Assembly: GCF_003018255.1 (NCBI RefSeq)
Contig: NZ_CP027440.1
Length of the DNA stretch: 64,000 nucleotides
Source: Escherichia coli
Lineage (GTDB): Bacteria > Pseudomonadota > Gammaproteobacteria > Enterobacterales > Enterobacteriaceae
Strand: one strand, 5' to 3'
In this document: piece after piece, positions 54,478 to 64,000 of the stretch
How positions within the stretch are numbered: the first letter of the stretch is position 1
Layout of the letters: each line of letters opens with the position of its first letter
The notes under the pieces: generated by a model
Databases searched by the model: none
What the model was told of the DNA's origin: nothing
The model's input: the letters and a program-made list of their open reading frames with translations, nothing else
Position numbers and translations under genes: made by a program

Positions 54478-56139
54478 TCAAAATGTTTCCCAGTTTGGAT
54501 CTTGTTCAGCAATTCGCAGTCGTGGCTGTGCCGGTGGTTGCTCACTGGCAGGACGGGATGGTGTTTGCGGTTTATTGGTGAGTGGGCTGGCTGCCAGACG
54601 GAACGCGGAAACCGCTTGCGTTAAACGACTCGCCTGTTCTTCCAGCGCAGCTGCGGCGGCAGCTGATTCCTGCACCAGCGATGCGTTCTGTTGCGTGACG
54701 CGATCCATTTCCGAAACCGCCAATGCGACTTGATCGATGCCACGGCTCTGTTCATCCGATGCCGATGCAATCTCGCCCATAATGTCAGTCACGCGAGTGA
54801 CAGCATTGACGATATTGTTCATTGTTTCCCCGGCGCTTTCGACCAGCACCGAACCGGTATCAACGCGCGAGACGGAGTCTTCAATGAGGGCTTTGATCTC
54901 TTTTGCCGCCTGGGCGCTGCGACTGGCAAGATTACGCACTTCGCCCGCCACCACGGCAAAACCACGGCCCTGTTCACCCGCTCGTGCGGCTTCAACAGCG
55001 GCATTCAGCGCGAGGATATTAGTCTGGAAGGCAATACCATCGATAACGCTGATAATGTCGGCAATTTTCTTCGAACTATCGGCGATCTCATGCATCGTTT
55101 TCACTACGCCATCCACCACTTTGCCGCCGTGCTGGGCGGTGTCGGAGGCACTTTGCGCCAGTTGCGAGGCCTGGCGGGCGTTATCGGCGTTTTGCTTCAC
55201 TGTCGCGGTGAGCTGCTCCATGCTGGCGGCAGTTTCTTCCAGCGCGGATGCCTGCTGTTCCGTACGGGAGGAAAGATCGGTGTTGCCCGCCGCAATTTCA
55301 CGGGTACCGGCATAGATGGCATCTGAACCTTCACGCACATGAGTGACGGTGTCAGTCAAAGAGCGTTGCATATGTGAAACGCTCTGCGCCAGGTCGCCCA
55401 TTTCACTGCGCCCGTCAATGGTCAGGGTATTCGCCAGGTTACCACCGGCGATTTCGCGAATGTGAGCAATAATTTTTGCCAGCGGTGTAAGCAACATACG
55501 GCGAATGCCGTACCACGCCACCAGCAGAATCAATACCACCACCAGCGCGATAACCGCCAGTTGCCACTGGGCAAATCGGTAATCATCTGCGTTGTCAGTG
55601 ACGATATCGCGATACAGTTTTTCACTGCTGAGGGCGTACTGAGCAAACGCTTCGCCCATTGCATTTTGCATTCCCTGGGTTGGCTGAGCGAAATAAGCTC
55701 CAGTATTGCCATAATCAAGATAATCAATCAGTTCAGTTAACGCTGTGTGATAGTTTTTATATTTTTCATCAATATTACGACTGGTAGCGACCATTTCAGG
55801 TAACGGTGCCATGCTTTTGAATTTTTTATAATGAGTCGCTGCCTGGGCCAATGTTTTCCTGGCGCTATCGAGCAATTCAACTTTGGCATTACTTTGCTGA
55901 TTGGATGAATCCATCATCATCCGCACCGCTGAACGACTCAGGTTAATGCGCGTTTGCAGCATTAAATCCCATGTTGACGTCAGCTCGCCCTGCTGTTCCC
56001 GTAATTGATTGGAAACCACAAAGCTCTTCTGGCTATGGTGAAGGGAAGAAAAAAACAGACTGCCGGAAATAAGCTGTAACAGTGCGAATACCCCCAGCAC
56101 CATTACCAACAGCGTGACTACGCGGATACGGTTAATCAT
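54478..56139 (-). CDS. tar: Methyl-accepting chemotaxis protein II (aspartate / maltose sensor)
   Basis: 553 aa from [23 protein letters not shown]; ends with the NWETF pentapeptide. Confidence 0.9.
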   Translation of the reverse strand: MINRIRVVTLLVMVLGVFALLQLISGSLFFSSLHHSQKSFVVSNQLREQQGELTSTWDLMLQTRINLSRSAVRMMMDSSNQQSNAKVELLDSARKTLAQAATHYKKFKSMAPLPEMVATSRNIDEKYKNYHTALTELIDYLDYGNTGAYFAQPTQGMQNAMGEAFAQYALSSEKLYRDIVTDNADDYRFAQWQLAVIALVVVLILLVAWYGIRRMLLTPLAKIIAHIREIAGGNLANTLTIDGRSEMGDLAQSVSHMQRSLTDTVTHVREGSDAIYAGTREIAAGNTDLSSRTEQQASALEETAASMEQLTATVKQNADNARQASQLAQSASDTAQHGGKVVDGVVKTMHEIADSSKKIADIISVIDGIAFQTNILALNAAVEAARAGEQGRGFAVVAGEVRNLASRSAQAAKEIKALIEDSVSRVDTGSVLVESAGETMNNIVNAVTRVTDIMGEIASASDEQSRGIDQVALAVSEMDRVTQQNASLVQESAAAAAALEEQASRLTQAVSAFRLAASPLTNKPQTPSRPASEQPPAQPRLRIAEQDPNWETF

Positions 56140-56170
56140 AAGGCACCTTCCTGAAAACAAGTTGATCTCG

Positions 56171-56197
56171 TTATCGGCAAGGAAGGGGGAAACTTTA
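56171..56197 (-). promoter_or_regulatory. sigma28 (FliA) class 3 promoter of the tar-tap-cheRBYZ operon
   Basis: Minus strand TAAAGTTT, 11-nt spacer (cccccttcctt), GCCGATAA; a perfect match to the sigma28 consensus about 30 nt upstream of the tar start. Confidence 0.7.
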
Positions 56198-56228
56198 TTG
56201 CTGATGCCACCCGCCGCGAAACTGAAAT

Positions 56229-56257
56229 AAAAAACCCGATGCGCAGATCATCGGGTT
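56229..56257 (-). terminator. Intrinsic terminator downstream of cheW
   Basis: Minus strand AACCCGATGATCTGCGCATCGGGTTTTTT. Confidence 0.55.
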
Positions 56258-56283
56258 CATTGCAATTGAGGAAATCGGGAGAA

Positions 56284-56787
56284 TTACGCCACTTCTGACG
56301 CCGCGCTATCTAACAGCGCCATCTCTTCGCTGTTCAGCAGTTTTTCGATGTTCACCAGAATCAACATACGGTCGCCCAGTGCACCCAGTCCAGTGAGATA
56401 TTCTGTTGAAAGCGTCACGGCAAATTCCGGTGCCGGACGAATTTGCTCCGCCGTCAATGAAAGCACGTCTGAGACGCCGTCAACCACGATGCCGACCACC
56501 CGCTGTCCGAGATTCAGGACGATAACTACCGTGTTGTCGTTATAGTCCACATCCACCTGGCTGAACTTAATTCGTAAGTCCACAATCGGCACAATAACAC
56601 CGCGCAGATTCGTGACGCCTTTGATAAACGCTGGCGTGTTCGCAATCCGTGTTACCTGATCGTAGCCACGGATCTCCTGCACTTTCAGAATATCAATACC
56701 GTACTCTTCATCACCAAGGGTAAATACCAGAAATTCCTGGCCTGACGGCTCGCTGGCCAGCTTTGTTACATTCGTCATACCGGTCAT
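56284..56787 (-). CDS. cheW: Chemotaxis coupling protein CheW
   Basis: 167 aa. Matches CheW. Confidence 0.95.
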
Positions 56788-56807
56788 ATTGTTACCTTTT
56801 TACTCAT

Positions 56808-59699
<2,892 letters not shown>

Positions 59700-59703
<4 letters not shown>

Positions 59704-60587
59704 GCTTCCTCGGTTGTCGTCTGTTGTTGCGGATTTTTCACCGCACGCACATGCTCTTCCAGTTCAATAAACGACGGACGTTCGCTGGAATAGAGCGTTT
59801 TGCGACCAAACTCAACGGCGATAGGCGGTGCGTAACCGTTCAGATTAGATAGCAGTGTGACTTTGACGCACTGCATCATTTTGCTGGTTTCGGCGCTTTT
59901 CTGACGTAAAACACTCGCTAATGGGGAAATAAATCCGTAAGCCAATAAAATACCGAGGAAAGTCCCCACCATCGCATGTGCGATAAGCGCCCCCAGCTCG
60001 GCGGCAGGACGATCGGCTGAACCTAACGCGTGAACGACCCCCATTACAGCCGCAACAATACCAAACGCCGGAAGTGAGTCCCCGACCAGCGCCAGACTGT
60101 TCGCCGGGACTTCTGCCTCGCTTTCGTGCGTCTCAATCTCTTCATCCATCAGAGCTTCGATTTCGAAGGTGTTCATGTGACCGCTGATAATCAGGCGCAG
60201 ATAATCGACGATAAATTCAAGCATGACGCTATCCGCAAGGATGCGTGGGTAGCTGGCGAAGATCTCGCTCTCACGGGGATTTTCAATATCACGTTCCAGC
60301 GAAAACATCCCCATCTGCCGCGATTTCGCCATCAACCGATAAAGCAGAGCCAGCAGATCCATATACATTGCTTTGGTGTATTTGGAGCGACGAAACAGCA
60401 ACGGCAGCGCCTTCAGCGTGCCTTTAATCGCTTTGCCATTATTGCCGACGATAAACGACCCAATCCCTGCACCGGCAATAATCACCAGTTCAGCGGGTTG
60501 ATAGAGTGCTCCAAGGCTTCCACCGGTCATCAAATAACCGCCGAAAACTGTACCGAGAACAACCAGGTAACCTAATAAGATAAGCAC
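59700..60587 (-). CDS. motA: Flagellar stator protein MotA
   Basis: 295 aa; 4-nt overlap with motB. Confidence 0.95.
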
Positions 60588-60655
60588 GACATCATCCTTC
60601 CACTGTTGACCATGACAGGATGTTCAGTCGTCAGGCGTTAACACGCGATAGGGGC

Positions 60656-60749
60656 AAAAAAAAGCAGCGGTACGTCGTTACCGCTGCTGGAATGTTTCGC
60701 CACACCGTATCAGTTAAACAGCCTGTACTCTCTGTTCATCCAGCAGTTG
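60656..60749 (-). ncRNA. motR: Candidate MotR-like sigma28-dependent small RNA (motA leader transcript ending at an intrinsic terminator)
   Basis: A sigma28 promoter lies inside the flhC 3' coding region, followed about 60 nt downstream by a strong hairpin (GCAGCGGTAACGACGTACCGCTGC) and a run of 8 T before motA. The predicted RNA is about 94 nt. Confidence 0.45.
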
Positions 60750-61292
60750 TGGGATAATATCGGCAGGATTCTGGGAAAGTTTACGTCTTTTTACTGCCCG
60801 GGATGGCGGCTGACATAAGCTGCAGGCAAAGCTGCCAACAGGCTGGTGAGCGTGGGTAATAAAATTGCCGCCGCAGCAGTTGCAGCTGGAAAGTTGCAGT
60901 AATCCACTTTCAACAAACCGCACCAATGTCCAGGCACGGGTTAATGCCAGCAGCGGTCCCTCTTCTGCTTGCGGGCACTGTTCAAGGTATAAACGGTAGG
61001 CTTTGATCACCGCATCGACGCCATTACACAAACCGGTTTTCAGTAAAAACTGCCATGCGTTACAGAACATCGAAGCATGAACGTTTTGTTCCCAGGTCAT
61101 AAACCAGTCGGTTGAGAATGGCAGCATGCCTTTCGGCGGTGGGCTTCCGCGCAGTTCTTTATAGAGTTTTATCAGGCGTCCGCGACTTAACTGTGTTTCG
61201 CTTTCCAGCATCTGCAAACGAGCGCCCAGGGTGATCAATTCCATTGCCAGCTGAATATCCCGCGCTTCCTGAACAATGCTTTTTTCACTCAT
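60714..61292 (-). CDS. flhC: Flagellar master regulator subunit FlhC
   Basis: 192 aa with the C-terminal Cys4 zinc site (CNCCGGNF...CSLC). Confidence 0.95.
60757..60784 (-). promoter_or_regulatory. sigma28 promoter within the flhC 3' end (motAB-cheAW and MotR promoter)
   Basis: Minus strand TAAACTTT, 11-nt spacer (cccagaatcct), GCCGATAT; two mismatches to the sigma28 consensus. Confidence 0.6.
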
Positions 61293-61294
61293 GA

Positions 61295-61654
61295 TCAGGC
61301 CCTTTTCTTGCGCAGCGCTTCTTCAGGCTGATTAACATCATTCAGCAAGCGTGTTGAGAGCATGATGCCGGTATGAATTTGCTGGAGATCGTCAACGCGG
61401 GAATCTTGCGTCAACTGAGTAATCGTCTGGTGACTGTCAAAACGGAAGTGACAAACCAGTTGATTGGTTTCTGCCAGCTTAACCATTTGCGGAAGAGTCA
61501 GTGCCGCTAACGTTGTCGCCATTTCTTCATTTATGCCGAGACGAAACATAGCGGACGCTTTGTCCTGAACAATCAGACGCTGTGCAAGTAGTAAATATGA
61601 CAAGTTGATGTCATAAATGTGTTTCAGCAACTCGGAGGTATGCATTATTCCCAC
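61295..61654 (-). CDS. flhD: Flagellar master regulator subunit FlhD
   Basis: 119 aa as drawn ([28 protein letters not shown]); the true start may be the internal MHTSELL (116 aa). Confidence 0.95.
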
Positions 61655-62425
61655 CCAGAATAACCAACTTTATTTTTATGCGGTCTCACCGCACCCCGTG
61701 ATGTCGCCGGGAAGCCCCGGTAAAAAATAATTAGCATTAGAATAGTTGCGATAAGCTGCAATAGGCAGAGCCCCTTTGTGGGATTTAATAAGTCCTTACA
61801 AATAGAAGGGGTTCTTTACACTTATCTAAGATTTTTCCTAAATCGACGCAACTTTACTCGTCACTACACGCACATACAACGGAGGGGGGCTGCGATTTTC
61901 AATAATGTGTGATGCAGATCACACAAAACGCTCAATTACTTAACATAAATGTATAAGTCATACTTTTGTTTTGGGTGTATTTCAATCTGTTAAAAAGTTT
62001 TTCGCGACGCTAGCAAGCAAAAATGAAACAGGAATAATAGAAATGGGATGTTGCGCACAGTTAAAATAACTCACCGTAAATAATCATCTGCTATAAATAA
62101 TTGCTTTAATGCAATACCAGATAAGCTATTTTTAAACAGACACTTACTGCACAACAAACTAATTAAATACAAAGAAAGGCAACAATCAACTTAATGTTGA
62201 TAAAATGTTTTACATATATTAACCACTTGTTTAATATGGAGAATCAGTACATTATTTTCTTATAATTACAGTTGAAATCATATGATCACCGAGAGTGATT
62301 GATTAATTGTATTTACTAATAATCACGCTAATATTTACCTGTTTGACTGAGTTGGGATTGCGTCGTTTCTCCATTAGGAGTAAAGCTTTAATGTCACCTG
62401 AAGTTCACAGAATAAGGAACAGGTT
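61655..62425. promoter_or_regulatory. AT-rich divergent regulatory region of flhDC and uspC, with no IS insertion
   Basis: 771 bp noncoding and visibly AT-rich; flhD and uspC diverge from it. No transposase ORF or IS terminal inverted repeats are visible. Confidence 0.6.
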
Positions 62426-62854
62426 ATGAGCTATAGCAATATTCTTGTCGCTGTTGCGGTTACACCGGAAAGTCAGCAACTGCTGGCAAAAGCGGTATCT
62501 ATCGCCAGGCCAGTAAAGGGACACATCAGTTTAATTACTCTCGCTTCCGACCCGGAAATGTACAATCAATTAGCTGCGCCGATGCTTGAAGATTTACGCA
62601 GCGTGATGCAGGAAGAAACGCAAAGCTTTCTTGATAAGTTAATTCAGGATGCGGGGTATCCCGTTGACAAGACGTTTATTGCCTACGGTGAGTTAAGCGA
62701 ACATATTCTGGAAGTTTGTCGCAAATATCATTTCGATTTGGTGATTTGCGGTAATCACAATCACAGTTTCTTTTCGCGAGCATCCTGCTCGGCGAAAAGA
62801 GTGATTGCCTCAAGTGAGGTCGATGTGCTGTTAGTTCCACTTACGGGAGATTAA
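62426..62854 (+). CDS. uspC: Universal stress protein C
   Basis: 142 aa MSYSNILVAVAVTPESQQLLAKAVSIARP..., UspA fold. Confidence 0.85.
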   Translation: MSYSNILVAVAVTPESQQLLAKAVSIARPVKGHISLITLASDPEMYNQLAAPMLEDLRSVMQEETQSFLDKLIQDAGYPVDKTFIAYGELSEHILEVCRKYHFDLVICGNHNHSFFSRASCSAKRVIASSEVDVLLVPLTGD

Positions 62855-62860
62855 CCGCTC

Positions 62861-64000
62861 CTACGCAAGCTTAGGAAAGGTAGCAACTTTATCGCGCTGC
62901 TGGCTTTCCGCGCTTCGCGGAACTATCTGCTTTAGGTCGCTAATGAAGCACTCCTGCCAGTGGTTAATATCGTTTTTCACGATAACGTCCAGCATTTCTG
63001 CATGACGGGAAATACGTTCCGCCAGCGACATAGTCAATGCACGATCCAGCGCAGCTGCAACTTCGTCACGATCGTAGGGATTAACAATTAACGCCGACGT
63101 TAACTCGTTTGCTGCTCCCGCAAATTGCGAAAGAACAAGTACGCCCGGGTTGGCTGGGTCCTGAGCGGCAACATACTCTTTTGCCACCAGGTTCATCCCG
63201 TCACGCAGTGGCGTCACTAAGCCCACGTCAGAGTAGCGGAATATTTTCATCAGTAATTTACGGTCAAAATGCTGATTCAAATAATAAAGCGGCGTCCAGC
63301 CTAATTGCCCGTATTTACCATTAATTCGTCCAGCTTCATTTTCGAGCTGATGACGAATATCCTGATAGGCTTGCACATCACCACGCGACGTTGGTGCAAT
63401 CTGGGTATAACGAATTTTACCATGATGCTGCGGATATTTTTCCAGCAACGCTTCATAGGCGAGAAAACGCTCCGGCAAACCTTTGGAATAATCCAGCCGT
63501 TCGACAGAAAAGATATTTTGTACGTTTTTCAGTTCCGCTTTAAGTTGCGCCAGTTTTGGCGGCAGTGGTCCGGCAGCCTGTTTCGCTATTTCTTTCGGTT
63601 CAATGCCGATCGGGTAAACTTCCGTTCGAAACGCTTTGCCGCAGGCCGTATGGCTTTTTGCGCTACGTGTCGTGACGCGGGTCAGGTTAGAAAGGCAATC
63701 CAGGAACGCCAGACGATCGTTCTCCGTCTGGAAACCCAGCAAATCATAATCACAAAGCTGTTCAAGCAAGGTGTCATATGTCGGCAGCGCGTTGAAGATT
63801 TCCGGCGTCGGGAAAGGAATATGCAGAAAGAAACCAATGCGATTATTCACTCCCCGTTTGCGTAATTCATGCGCAAAGGGCAACAGGTGATAATCGTGGA
63901 TCCAGATAATGTCATCGTCTTGCAACAGCGGCAGTAATTTATCTGCCAGCAACGCATTTACGCGTAGATAGCCATCCCAGGCAGGACGCTGAAATTGCAC
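62861..64000 (-). CDS. otsA: Trehalose-6-phosphate synthase (3' part of gene; N-terminus beyond window edge)
   Basis: 379 aa C-terminal fragment ending ...DLKQIVPRSAESQQRDKVATFPKLA; GT20 family. Confidence 0.9.
   Translation of the reverse strand: MQFQRPAWDGYLRVNALLADKLLPLLQDDDIIWIHDYHLLPFAHELRKRGVNNRIGFFLHIPFPTPEIFNALPTYDTLLEQLCDYDLLGFQTENDRLAFLDCLSNLTRVTTRSAKSHTACGKAFRTEVYPIGIEPKEIAKQAAGPLPPKLAQLKAELKNVQNIFSVERLDYSKGLPERFLAYEALLEKYPQHHGKIRYTQIAPTSRGDVQAYQDIRHQLENEAGRINGKYGQLGWTPLYYLNQHFDRKLLMKIFRYSDVGLVTPLRDGMNLVAKEYVAAQDPANPGVLVLSQFAGAANELTSALIVNPYDRDEVAAALDRALTMSLAERISRHAEMLDVIVKNDINHWQECFISDLKQIVPRSAESQQRDKVATFPKLA

Noticed and set aside
54691-55326. 211-aa and 192-aa plus-strand ORFs (also 53081..53401 and 53611..53970)
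   Set aside because: Antisense to tar and tap; they recur in both genes only because the underlying MCP signalling-domain DNA is duplicated.

Overview
The window reads as a contiguous, densely packed segment of an Escherichia coli-type core chromosome, and I found no evidence of a novel or accessory system in it. Gene order, recognised from the translated ORFs, runs msrC(partial)-letAB-rsmF-yebVW-pphA-[sdsR/ryeA]-yebY-yebZ-yobA-holE-yobB-exoX-ptrB-yebEFG-purT-eda-edd-zwf-hexR-pykA-lpxM-mepM-znuACB-ruvBA-yebB-ruvC-yebC-nudB-aspS-yecDEN-cmoAB-torZY-cutC-yecM-argS-flhEAB-cheZYBR-tap-tar-cheWA-motBA-flhCD-uspC-otsA(partial). That is the yeb/ruv/Entner-Doudoroff/znu region followed by flagellar region II (chemotaxis, motility and the flhDC master operon). 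All gene names are assigned from memory of the E. coli proteins, not from a database search. Several ORF-track entries carry N-terminal extensions; I give the starts I think are correct. There is no CRISPR array, IS element, integrase, prophage remnant or defence-type gene cluster, and every long ORF not listed as a gene lies antisense to a conserved housekeeping gene. What is worth a second look is mostly regulatory or small-RNA structure and two apparent differences from the K-12 reference: yecT is missing between argS and flhE, and the flhDC upstream region carries no IS element. The sequence also supports three small RNAs (SdsR/RyeA, MicL inside cutC, and a sigma28-driven MotR-like RNA inside the flhC 3' end), LexA, PurR, Zur and GntR-like operators, and REP/BIME clusters. 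The least understood coding content is the AT-rich yebB gene inside the ruv locus and the yecD-yecE-yecN genes upstream of cmoAB.
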